From positions 7,443 through 71,442 of the forward strand of contig CAZEPI010000011.1 in NCBI GenBank assembly GCA_964514115.1: DNA of 64,000 nt, read 5' to 3'. A program made the translations under genes and the position numbers. This document shows positions 44,452 to 53,445 of the stretch, one piece after another. Position 1 is the first letter of the stretch, and each line of letters starts with the position of its first letter. Source of the stretch: an uncultured Pirellulales bacterium (GTDB taxonomy: Bacteria; Planctomycetota; Phycisphaerae; Sedimentisphaerales; Anaerobacaceae). The notes under the pieces were generated by a model that searched no databases, had not been told where the DNA came from, and was given only the letters and a program-made list of their open reading frames with translations.

Positions 44452-45306
44452 GTGATTTCGATGGGTAATGGACAAAGCAGGCGCCAGTTTCTCAAGGTAG
44501 CGGGGGCAGGGGCGGCATTTGTAGCAGGCCGGGCCGGGATGAGTGCGGCGGATGAACCCAGTGAAGAGTCAGGGCAGGTCAAGTTCAAGTTAGGAATGGC
44601 GTCCTATACGTTTCGGGAGTTTCCCACGGAGAAGACGGTGGAGATGACGAAGCGGCTTGGGTTGAAGTACATTTGCTTTAAGAGTATGCACCTGCCTTTG
44701 GAGAGCAGCCCCGAACAAATCGAAAAGGTCGTGGCGAAGGTGCGTGAGGCCGGCTTAGAGCTTTATGCCGGCGGCGTCATTTATATGAATGAGCCGGCTG
44801 AGGTGGACCGGGCGTTTGAGTATGCTAAGTGCGCGGGGATGAAGATTATTGTGGGGGTGCCGAGGCATGAACTGCTGGAGATGACTGCCAAGAGGGCGGG
44901 CGAATACGATATCAAGGTAGCGATACATAATCACGGGCCGGGCGACGAACTTTATCCGACACCGGAGAGTGCTTATGAGAAGGTAAAAGATTTGGATGAG
45001 CATATGGGGCTTTGTATCGACATAGGGCACGCGAAGCGAAGTGAAGTGGGCCCGGCGGACGCGGCGGAGAAATATGCCGACCGGCTCTATGACGTGCATA
45101 TAAAGGATGTGGATAAGGCGGCAGCTGAGGGGGAGACGGTTGAGATAGGCAGGGGGGTGATAGACGTTGTGAAGTTCATCCGGACGCTGATAAGAATCGG
45201 CTATGCAGGCAAGACTTCGTTTGAGTTCGAGAAAGATGGTCGCGACCCGCTGCCCGGGGTGGCCGAGTCGGTCGGGTATGTCAGGGGGGTGCTGGCGGCT
45301 TTGTGA
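44452..45306 (+). CDS. Tat-exported sugar phosphate isomerase/epimerase (xylose-isomerase-fold TIM barrel)
   Basis: Tat signal SRRQFLKVAGAGAAFVAG. Motifs FKLGMASYTFREF and VAIHNHG. Confidence 0.8.
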   Translation: MISMGNGQSRRQFLKVAGAGAAFVAGRAGMSAADEPSEESGQVKFKLGMASYTFREFPTEKTVEMTKRLGLKYICFKSMHLPLESSPEQIEKVVAKVREAGLELYAGGVIYMNEPAEVDRAFEYAKCAGMKIIVGVPRHELLEMTAKRAGEYDIKVAIHNHGPGDELYPTPESAYEKVKDLDEHMGLCIDIGHAKRSEVGPADAAEKYADRLYDVHIKDVDKAAAEGETVEIGRGVIDVVKFIRTLIRIGYAGKTSFEFEKDGRDPLPGVAESVGYVRGVLAAL

Positions 45307-45376
45307 TTTACTATTTGATATTGATTATTTTCTATTTGTTTGATGCGGGGGGATGTGGACGCTTTGAAAGGATTGT

Positions 45377-46759
45377 GTGATGAGGCGAGTAATTGGTTTG
45401 GCACTGTTGGCGTGGCTTGTTCTGTTTGTGTGTGGATGCGGGAAGAAGGAGGAGGGACAGGAGGGTTATCGAGTGAAGCTAATAACGCTTGACCCGGGTC
45501 ATTTTCACGCGGCATTGGTGCAGAAGACGATGTACGACGCGGTTTCGCCGGTGGTGCACGTTTATGCGCCGAAGGGGCCTGATGTTGAGGACCACTTAAA
45601 GCGGATAGAGGGATTCAACACGAGAGCAGAGGAGCCGACGAGCTGGGAGGAGAAGGTCTATACCGGGCCGGATTACCTGGAGAAGATGCTCAGCGAGAAG
45701 AAGGGCAACGTTGTTGTGATATCGGGCAATAACAAGAGGAAGGCGGAGTATATCAAGGCGTGCGTGGATGCTGGGCTTAATGTGCTTGCCGACAAGCCGA
45801 TGTGCATAAACTCGGAGGGGTATGAGGTTTTACTGTCGGCGTTTGATTCAGCGAAGAAGCATGACGTTCTGATTTATGATGTGATGACCGAGCGGAGCGA
45901 GATAACGACGATACTGCAGAAAGAGCTTGTTCATAATAAGGAAGTGTTTGGGGAGCTTGTGGAGGGGACGGCTGAGGAGCCGGCAGCGGTCAAAGAAAGC
46001 GTTCATCACTTTTTCAAGTATGTATCAGGCCAACCGATAAAACGACCCGGCTGGTATTTTGATACGACCCAGCAGGGCGAGGGCATTGTCGATGTGACCA
46101 CGCATCTTCTCGATTTGGTGATGTGGGAATGTTTCCCCGATGAACCCATTAGCTACGATAAAGACATCGAGATAGTAAGCGCGCGGCGATGGCCTACAAT
46201 GATAACGAAGGAGCAGTATGAGAAAGTAACGGGACTTAGCGAATGGCCGGAGTATCTCACGGCCAACGTCAACGATGAGGGTGTATTGGCCTGTTATGCC
46301 AACGGCGAGATAGTCTTTAAGCTGCGTGGCAAGTTCGCGAAGGTCTCGGTTGTATGGAATTTCCAAGCCCCCGAAGGAGGCGGCGATACGCATTACTCGG
46401 TGATGCGCGGGACAAAGGCCGACGTGATAATCAAACAGGGCGCCGAGCAGCAGTATCGCCCTGAGCTGTATATCGAGCCGGCAGAGGACATCGACAAGCG
46501 AGCGATGGAGATTACGCTTATGATGGCGCTGCTTGATTTGCAGGAAAAGTATCGTGGTGTGATATTTGAGGAGACCGAGACCGGCTGGCACGTGACGATA
46601 CCCGATGAATACCGAATAGGCCACGAAGCCCACTTTGCGCAGGTGGTTGATAGATTCCTCGGCCACCTCAAAGACGGCAAGCTTCCCAAATGGGAAATCG
46701 CAAACATAAAAGCCAAATACAACACCACAACCGCCGCCCTACAGGTCGCAGGAGAATGA
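45377..46759 (+). CDS. lipoprotein, putative oxidoreductase (Gfo/Idh/MocA-related, oxidoreductase C-terminal-domain type)
   Basis: Lipobox-like LVLFVCGCG. The conserved LITLDPGHFHAALVQK start is present. The family assignment is from memory and unverified. Confidence 0.55.
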   Translation: MMRRVIGLALLAWLVLFVCGCGKKEEGQEGYRVKLITLDPGHFHAALVQKTMYDAVSPVVHVYAPKGPDVEDHLKRIEGFNTRAEEPTSWEEKVYTGPDYLEKMLSEKKGNVVVISGNNKRKAEYIKACVDAGLNVLADKPMCINSEGYEVLLSAFDSAKKHDVLIYDVMTERSEITTILQKELVHNKEVFGELVEGTAEEPAAVKESVHHFFKYVSGQPIKRPGWYFDTTQQGEGIVDVTTHLLDLVMWECFPDEPISYDKDIEIVSARRWPTMITKEQYEKVTGLSEWPEYLTANVNDEGVLACYANGEIVFKLRGKFAKVSVVWNFQAPEGGGDTHYSVMRGTKADVIIKQGAEQQYRPELYIEPAEDIDKRAMEITLMMALLDLQEKYRGVIFEETETGWHVTIPDEYRIGHEAHFAQVVDRFLGHLKDGKLPKWEIANIKAKYNTTTAALQVAGE

Positions 46760-46778
46760 AAAATAAGGGAGGTCTATT

Positions 46779-48119
46779 GTGAGAGCGAGAATCATACTGA
46801 GCTTGCTATTGACCGGCCAGCTAATGCTCACTGCACCTGGGTGTATAGACTTGTCTCTTGATGGCATAGTGGGTCCGGAACTTAAGCCGGTTGTTGGAAC
46901 GCTGCTGGTATCCTGTGAGGTTCTTCATGCTGCTGTGCTCTACCGCGACAAGACGGACCACTGGCCTGAGACATCGGTCGAATTGCGGGATTTCTGCGGC
47001 CAGGATGATGCCAACTGTGCCGACGTGAACTGGAGCGCTATTCAACACGCCAGTTTCCATTCGCTGCCGAGTGACGGTGTTCGTATGGACATTGTGATGG
47101 GACAAGGCATGCAGCACGTCATTCTTGACCTTCACGGACCGGTATCCAGCGATGATTGGGACAACCCCATTGATTTTAGGCTTGAGACGGAGGATATGAT
47201 TGCCGAGTTCGCCTTTGGTGGGACTGGAGGAGACGAATATTTTGGATTCATAGAGCAAGAGGAGAAGATTAAGGTTCTGATTAACGGCGATAATGTCGTC
47301 AGCTACAGGTATGGCGAGGAGCTTACCAAGCCGATTCTTTGGCCGGTCAGAACGCCTTCGGGGATTGTGGTGACACGCGGATTCCCGTTTGAGAAGGTCG
47401 AAGGCGAGAGCACCGACCACCCGCATCATACAGGTGTGTTCTTCACCTATGACAAGGTAAACGCAGATGGCTTCTGGAACAATACGACGTCGCCACCGCA
47501 GATTAGGCAAATCGGACCGGTCAAAATGGAAACAGAGGCCGGCCAAGGCATGCTCTCTGTCCTGCTGCACTGGGTGGGTAAGAGCGGCAAGGTCCTGCTC
47601 GAAGAAAAGAGAGATATGCTATTTCGCGCAGGGACCGATGAGTATTCGATTGATTTTACGATTAAGCTGACTGCTCAGGATGAAAAAATCGTTTTCGAGG
47701 ATACGAAGGAGGGAATGTTCGGGATTCGTGTGGCTGACTGGCTGAAGGAAGATGGCGGGACGGGAGAGTATCTGAGCAGCAACGGCGACCGCAAAGAAGC
47801 AGGCGTTTGGGGCAAACGGGCCGAGTGGGTTCGGTTAGAGGGAAAGAAGGACGATAAGGTAATCGGGATTGCCATATTCAATTATCCCGACAGCGTGAAT
47901 TTCCCGACCTATTGGCACGCGAGGGGCTACGGGCTTTTCAGTGCGAACCCTTTGGGCCAGCTCGATTTCCAGAAAGGGCGCAATGTTGAGGATCCCCAGC
48001 CGCTCAATTTCACACTTGCCCCGGGCGAAAGCGCGGTATTTAAGTTTCGGATGCTGATTTACGAAGGGCCGAGGAGCGCGGAGCAGCTTGAAGAACGCTA
48101 CGCAGAGTATGCCGAGTGA
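46779..48119 (+). CDS. PmoA-family (DUF6807) protein with about 150-aa N-terminal extension
   Basis: The hallmark ESTDHPHHTGVFFTYDKVNADGFWNN is present. The N-terminus looks like a lipoprotein signal (LTAPGC). Confidence 0.7.
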   Translation: MRARIILSLLLTGQLMLTAPGCIDLSLDGIVGPELKPVVGTLLVSCEVLHAAVLYRDKTDHWPETSVELRDFCGQDDANCADVNWSAIQHASFHSLPSDGVRMDIVMGQGMQHVILDLHGPVSSDDWDNPIDFRLETEDMIAEFAFGGTGGDEYFGFIEQEEKIKVLINGDNVVSYRYGEELTKPILWPVRTPSGIVVTRGFPFEKVEGESTDHPHHTGVFFTYDKVNADGFWNNTTSPPQIRQIGPVKMETEAGQGMLSVLLHWVGKSGKVLLEEKRDMLFRAGTDEYSIDFTIKLTAQDEKIVFEDTKEGMFGIRVADWLKEDGGTGEYLSSNGDRKEAGVWGKRAEWVRLEGKKDDKVIGIAIFNYPDSVNFPTYWHARGYGLFSANPLGQLDFQKGRNVEDPQPLNFTLAPGESAVFKFRMLIYEGPRSAEQLEERYAEYAE

Positions 48120-48307
48120 TAGGGACGTGCGTTTGGACACGGCAGCGGCCTGGGGGCGGCAAGAAGGTTGTACGTGTCCGCTTGGGTTTAAGGAGACAGG
48201 CCCCTACAGATATAATCCGATAGAAGGTGCGGTGTTTATGGAACTGTCGCTGGCGTGAACTGCAAATCGGCTTTAGTTTTGCTGTCGCGTTTGTCGATTA
48301 TTTTAGC

Positions 48308-48910
48308 ATGGTCTACCTTGAAGCGATTTTGGCGTTGTTTGCAATCGTTGACCCGGTGGGCAACATCCCCATACTGCTCCACATCGCCGAGCACACGCCG
48401 GAGGGGCAAAGTCAAAAGGCATTCAACACTGCTGTTGTGGTCGGCGTAATCATTCTGTTAGGGTTTTCATTTGCAGGCAACGCGGTCCTGGACTATGTGT
48501 TTCATATTCAGTTGGCCGATTTACAGCTTGCCGGGGGGATACTTTTGCTGATTATCGCCATCGACCACTTGATATTCGGGTCGCTACGCCGCTCAGTGGA
48601 GGTAACGGGTACGTTCAGCCCTTATGAGATTGGTTGTGTGCCGCTGGCTTGTCCGCTTCTTGCAGGGCCCGGTGCGATGGTGACCAGTCTGACGACACTG
48701 GAGAGGTCGGGCCCACTGGCGGCGGTAATCGCAATCGCAGCCGTCTTTGGATTTCTGTGGGTAATAATGCGGTTCATTCAGCCCATACACAGGCTTCTGG
48801 GCAGGATGGTCTGCACGGTATTCTCGAAGGTGATGTGCCTGTTTATTGCGGCAATCGGTGTACACATGATAATGTCGGGTCTGCAACACTATTTCGCCGC
48901 CGGAGGGTGA
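48308..48910 (+). CDS. MarC family (UPF0056) membrane protein
   Basis: The start is at ATG 48308 (MVYLEAILALFAIVDPVGNIPILL). Multi-TM. Confidence 0.8.
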   Translation: MVYLEAILALFAIVDPVGNIPILLHIAEHTPEGQSQKAFNTAVVVGVIILLGFSFAGNAVLDYVFHIQLADLQLAGGILLLIIAIDHLIFGSLRRSVEVTGTFSPYEIGCVPLACPLLAGPGAMVTSLTTLERSGPLAAVIAIAAVFGFLWVIMRFIQPIHRLLGRMVCTVFSKVMCLFIAAIGVHMIMSGLQHYFAAGG

Positions 48911-48968
48911 CATTTCGAGCTGGGAGTGGGGCGCACGAGGGACCAGGATGGAACGTTGACGGAGTAAA

Positions 48969-49961
48969 ATGGATAATCAGGATGCCATCGGGAATCCAAA
49001 ACAACCCCGGCGTGCCGGGGTCGACGAGGCAAGAAGACAAGGGCTTTTGCTGCAATTTCTGAAATGCTTCGCGATTGCGGTTGTTGCAGTTGCGGTGCTT
49101 ATTGGGGGGATATTGTATTTCAATGTGTATCTGCCCGAGGGATAGGGGCCTGCCGGCCCGGAGGTGCCTGAGCAGCCCTTTGGGCAGAGATGGAGAGAAG
49201 GGAGCGTATTACTTCTCGGGGTAGGGGACAGCATCACCGACGGCTTTGGTGCGCGCGATGGGTATTCATATTTTGAACGGTTAGTGAAGAATCCGGAGGG
49301 GGACGCTGAGGATATGGCGGGGAAGAATCTTTCGCGGGTGTTTGCGAATCTAGAAAGCAAGAACATAGCTGTTTCGGGGAGTACTTCGTTTGGGCATCTT
49401 GAGGATATCGAGCGGTTAGGCAGTTATGGCGAGGATGTTTTTGGGGTAGTGGTGATGACGAGCGGCGGCAACGACCTGATTCACAATTATGGAAGGCAAC
49501 CGCCGGAGGAAGGAGCGATGTACGGTGCGAGTATGGAGGAGGCGCGGCCGTGGATAGCTAACTTCGAGAAGCGACTTGCTCATATGATGGAACTGATAAC
49601 GGCCAAGTTTCCGGGTGGTTGTGAGATTTTTCTTGCGAATATTTACGACCCAAGTGACGGGACGGGGGACACGAAGGAATACTTTACCGGATTGCCGGCG
49701 TGGCCTGATGGAGTTGCGATACTGGCGGAGTATAACAGGGTTATTGCAGACTGTGCTGCGAGGTATGAGAATGTTCATCTGGTAGATATCCACACGCCAT
49801 TTATGGGGCACGGGATACACTGCAGGCAGTTCTGGATTGGGCACTATAAGTGGTCGGACCCGACGTACTGGTATTTTATGAACATCGAGGACCCAAGCGA
49901 GCGCGGATATGACTGTGTACGAAGGGTGTTTCTTTTGAAGATGATAGAAGTTTTCTATTAG
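48969..49961 (+). pseudogene. membrane-anchored SGNH/GDSL hydrolase interrupted by an in-frame TAG (49143-49145); alternatively a 58-aa anchor ORF plus a GTG-started hydrolase at 49164..49961
   Basis: ATG 48969 opens a frame encoding a TM anchor (FLKCFAIAVVAVAVLIGGILYF). It hits TAG and then continues in the same frame into the SGNH domain (LLLGVGDSITDGFG block I, TSGGNDL block III). The frame was checked codon by codon. Confidence 0.55.
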
Positions 49962-50072
49962 AAAGCGGAGAATCGCGATGGATAAGCAGGAATTTGGTGG
50001 GGACAAGAAGGTGGTGATGCGGAGCACAATGGAAGCTGGGGAAGTCCTACCAAAAGGTAAACAAAGGCACAG

Positions 50073-50714
50073 GTGGAACAGTTCGGGAGATCGGAAATGC
50101 AAGAGTTGACTATTTCGGAGTTTGTCGCGAAGTTGTGTGTTACATTTATTCCATTCATTATGGCTTATGCGTGGGTGGTCATTAGAAGCTTTATTCGCCA
50201 TGGATTCGTCTTTTCGGGGATAGAGTTGGAGCGACGCGCTGTGGAGGGAGGATTATTGGACATACCCAAGCTTCAGGAAAGTACATGGTCGGCGAATGCA
50301 TCGCAGGTCCAGAATTTTTCAGCTATTAGTGTTGCGATTGTTTTGCTTGTGGTCGTGTTCGTAGTAGAGACAATGCTTAATTATTGGAGTGAGCAATACT
50401 TGGACTTGATCATTCTTGTTATTGGATCATCGTGTCTGGCGGAAACGTTCAGTCTTCAGTTTTGGAATTGTGCGCTTGACAAAGCCCCAGATACGAAGTG
50501 GTTGCTCTCGCGGCGAAGAATTGCCACTACCCTTCAGGTTGTTGGTTGGAACGGGCTGTACTTGAGCGTGATTCTCTGTGTTTCTTATGCTGACACAGTG
50601 TGCGGTGCTCTGCTTAGCATCGCTGGCGCTATTGAGCTTGTGCTTACCGTTGAATTGAAATGCCATTTCAGCCAACCCGTTGACCATAAAGGACGTCAAG
50701 CAGTTCGCCATTGA
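50073..50714 (+). CDS. hypothetical multi-pass membrane protein
   Basis: 213-aa ORF with 4-5 hydrophobic segments. An internal ATG at 50097 (MQELTISEF) is a possible true start. No family recognised. Confidence 0.45.
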   Translation: MEQFGRSEMQELTISEFVAKLCVTFIPFIMAYAWVVIRSFIRHGFVFSGIELERRAVEGGLLDIPKLQESTWSANASQVQNFSAISVAIVLLVVVFVVETMLNYWSEQYLDLIILVIGSSCLAETFSLQFWNCALDKAPDTKWLLSRRRIATTLQVVGWNGLYLSVILCVSYADTVCGALLSIAGAIELVLTVELKCHFSQPVDHKGRQAVRH

Positions 50715-50765
50715 TTACAGGAACAACGACCGGTACATTTTGGCCTGTGGGCGGGGCCGACGGAG

Positions 50766-50960
50766 GTGCGAATCGGATTTATAGTCTTGAACTGTTTGAT
50801 AATTGCGTTCGGGACGGGGTGGATCGAGCGGATACTTGCATACGTGTTGGCGGTGTCGCTGATAGTGTTGTGCCTGGTGGTGTACAGGACGCAGAAATAT
50901 ATCTGGGGTGTGGATATGTCGGATAAGCGACAAAGGGACAGTGAGGGTGAAGCCAGTTAG
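50766..50960 (+). CDS. hypothetical small 2-TM protein
   Basis: 64-aa ORF (IGFIVLNCLIIAFGTGW, LAYVLAVSLIVLCLVVY). Its end overlaps the convergent 50957..51316 gene by 4 nt. Weak call. Confidence 0.3.
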   Translation: MRIGFIVLNCLIIAFGTGWIERILAYVLAVSLIVLCLVVYRTQKYIWGVDMSDKRQRDSEGEAS

Positions 50961-51316
50961 AATTCGAACCGGTCTTTGAATGTGGTTTTGAAGTCGTAGA
51001 TGTCGTTGAAGTCATCGACGGAGTCGGTGGGCTGGGCTTTCATCCAGTTGTTTTCTATCATAAGATAGACGATTTCGCCGAAGTCTTTGGTGGACTTGAC
51101 GCCCCAGGAGCTGAGGACGAGCAATGCGAGTCGCCCGTATTTTTCGAGTGCGAGTTTTTTGAGGCCGTCGCAAAGGGCTTGTCCTGCGATATGGCCTGGT
51201 TCGCCCACGATTTTTTTAATGGTGTATCCGAGTCCTTCGTAGACGAATTTCACGGCCCTGGAGCTGTATCGGCCGTCCTGTTCGGCGATTTGTTCGAAGG
51301 TTTTTTTCCTAGGCAT
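50957..51316 (-). CDS. conserved hypothetical protein (I tentatively recall similar PVC-restricted proteins annotated as Minf_1886 family; unverified)
   Basis: The start is placed at ATG 51316 (MPRKKTFEQIAEQDGRYSSRAVKFVYEGL), 4 nt after the metG stop. Composition looks coding. Confidence 0.6.
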   Translation of the reverse strand: MPRKKTFEQIAEQDGRYSSRAVKFVYEGLGYTIKKIVGEPGHIAGQALCDGLKKLALEKYGRLALLVLSSWGVKSTKDFGEIVYLMIENNWMKAQPTDSVDDFNDIYDFKTTFKDRFEF

Positions 51317-51320
51317 TTTC

Positions 51321-53399
51321 TTAGCTGACTTTCTGTCCGGGTTTTGCGCCGGGGTCGGCGGTGAGCATGAAGATGTCTTTTCCACCGGTGCCGGCAGCGA
51401 GAATCATCCCTTCTGACAGGCCGAATCTCATTTGTCTCGGCTTTAAGTTCGCGAAGTAGATGACGGTCTTGTCGGTGAGGTCCTCGGGTTTGTATGCCTG
51501 GGCGATAGCGGCGAGGACGGTTTTCTGGATGTCACCGACGTTGAGATGCAGGCGGAGCAGTTTGTCTGCGCCTTCGACGGGCTCGGCCTTTGTCACTTTT
51601 GCGATTCGCAGGTCGATTTTGTCGAAGTCTTCAATCGTGCATTCGGGTTTGATGGGCTCGGTCATTTGTTTTTTACCTCCTGTCCGGCTACGGCTCGGCG
51701 TCTCTGTTGCTTCTGTGGCCACATTGGCGCCTTCGCCGGGACGAGTTTCTTTGCTTTGTTCAATCATTGCGTAGATTTGTTCTGGCTGGATTCTTGTGAA
51801 GAGGTGCTCGAAGTTGCCGATTGTGTGGTCTTCGAGGGGTTTTTCGACGTCTGCAAAGGTGAGATTTTCGAGGTTGAGGAATTTTTCGACCTTTTGGGCG
51901 TAGGCGGGGAGGATGGGTTTTAGGTAAATGGTGAGGATTTTGACGGCGTTAATGACAGCGGTGAGGGTGGTTCTTGTTTTTTCGGGGTCGGTTTTGACGG
52001 TGGCCCAGGGCTGTTTTTCTTCGACGAACCTGTTTGCGAGGTCGGCCAGGGCGACGATTGTTCTGACGGCGTTTGCGTAGTTGAGGTTTTCGTAGTTCTG
52101 TGTGATGTTGTCTTTTTCTGCGGTGAGTTTTTCGATTAGCTGTTTTCCATTGCTGTCGAGTTTGCCGAGTCGGGCGTCGAGTTTTTTGGTGAGCATTGGG
52201 CCTGAGCGAGAGGCGAGGTTTGCAAATTTACCGACGAGGTCCGAGTTTGTTTTGTTGATGAAGTCTTCGATGGACAGGTCAATATCATCGATACCTGCGG
52301 TTAGTTTTGATGCGTAGTAGTATCGGAGGAACTCGGGGTTGAGGTGGTCGAGGTATGTGCTTGCCTTGATAAATGTTCCTCTGGACTTGCTCATTTTCTG
52401 GCCGTTGACGGTGAGGAAGCCGTGGACGAAGAGTTTGTCTGCGGTCTTGAAGCCGGCGGCGGTGAGCATGGCGGGCCAGAACAGGGCGTGGAAGTACATA
52501 ATGTCTTTACCGATGAAGTGGTAAAGCTCGTACTCGCAGTCGGTCTGTCCGGGTGTTTTTTCGCCGGGCCAGAGGAGGTCGAAGTCGAGGTTGTTTTTTT
52601 GGCAGTAGTTTTTTGCCGAGGCCATGTATCCGATGGGTGCGTCGAGCCAGACATAGAAGAATTTGTTTTCTTCGCCGGGGATTTTGAACCCGAAGTATGG
52701 TCCGTCGCGGGAGATGTCCCAGTCTTTGAGGCCTGCGGTGAACCATTCGTCGAGCTTGTTTGCGACGGATTTATGAGTGTGGCCTTGTGCGATGAGTTGT
52801 TTTAGCTGCTGTTCGTAGTCGGCGAGCTTGAAGAAGTGGTGTTCGGACTGCTGCCAGACGGGGGTGGCGCGGCAGTTTGCGCAGTATGGGTTGATAAGGT
52901 CGGTGGTCTGGTAGGTAGCGCTGCAGATTTCGCAGGAGTCGCCGTACTGGTCTTCGGCGTTGCATTTGGGGCAGGTTCCACGGATGTATCTGTCGGGCAG
53001 TGACATATTGCAGTTTTGGCAGTAGGGCTGGCTGATGGTGCGTTTTTCGATGGAGCCGGCCTGGTTTAGTCGGCTGAAAATCAGCTCGCTGAGATGTTTG
53101 TTTTCGGGTGAGTGGGTGGAATGGTAGTTGTCGAATTTGATGAGGAAGGCGGCGAAGTCTTTCTGGTGTTCGGTGTGGACGCGGTCGATGAGCTGTTCGG
53201 GGGTGATTCCTTCTTTTTTGGCGGTAATCATAATTGCGGTTCCGTGGGTGTCGTCGGCGCAGAAGTAGAGGCATTGGTTTTGGGCGAGTTTTTGATAGCG
53301 GACGAAGATGTCGGTCTGGATATACTCGACGAGATGCCCTATATGTATCGGGCCGTTTGCATAAGGCAGTGCGGAAGTTACGATGATTTTTCGAGGCAT
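51321..53399 (-). CDS. metG: methionine--tRNA ligase with C-terminal tRNA-binding (EMAP/Trbp111-like) domain
   Basis: HIGH motif PYANGPIHIGHLVEY, KMSKS motif KMSKSRGT, zinc knuckles CQNC...CPKC, and a C-terminal DLRIAKVTKAEPVEGADKLL block. Confidence 0.95.
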   Translation of the reverse strand: MPRKIIVTSALPYANGPIHIGHLVEYIQTDIFVRYQKLAQNQCLYFCADDTHGTAIMITAKKEGITPEQLIDRVHTEHQKDFAAFLIKFDNYHSTHSPENKHLSELIFSRLNQAGSIEKRTISQPYCQNCNMSLPDRYIRGTCPKCNAEDQYGDSCEICSATYQTTDLINPYCANCRATPVWQQSEHHFFKLADYEQQLKQLIAQGHTHKSVANKLDEWFTAGLKDWDISRDGPYFGFKIPGEENKFFYVWLDAPIGYMASAKNYCQKNNLDFDLLWPGEKTPGQTDCEYELYHFIGKDIMYFHALFWPAMLTAAGFKTADKLFVHGFLTVNGQKMSKSRGTFIKASTYLDHLNPEFLRYYYASKLTAGIDDIDLSIEDFINKTNSDLVGKFANLASRSGPMLTKKLDARLGKLDSNGKQLIEKLTAEKDNITQNYENLNYANAVRTIVALADLANRFVEEKQPWATVKTDPEKTRTTLTAVINAVKILTIYLKPILPAYAQKVEKFLNLENLTFADVEKPLEDHTIGNFEHLFTRIQPEQIYAMIEQSKETRPGEGANVATEATETPSRSRTGGKKQMTEPIKPECTIEDFDKIDLRIAKVTKAEPVEGADKLLRLHLNVGDIQKTVLAAIAQAYKPEDLTDKTVIYFANLKPRQMRFGLSEGMILAAGTGGKDIFMLTADPGAKPGQKVS

Positions 53400-53445
53400 T
53401 GCTGCTCCGTGGAAGTCAGTTGTTTACTAGTGCGACTTTCGCGAG

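Noticed and set aside
49143-49145. The in-frame TAG as a programmed recoding event (pyrrolysine or suppression).
   Set aside because: There are no pyl genes or recoding signals in the window. TAG terminates at least one bona fide gene here (2933..4264). A nonsense mutation or sequencing error is the simpler explanation.
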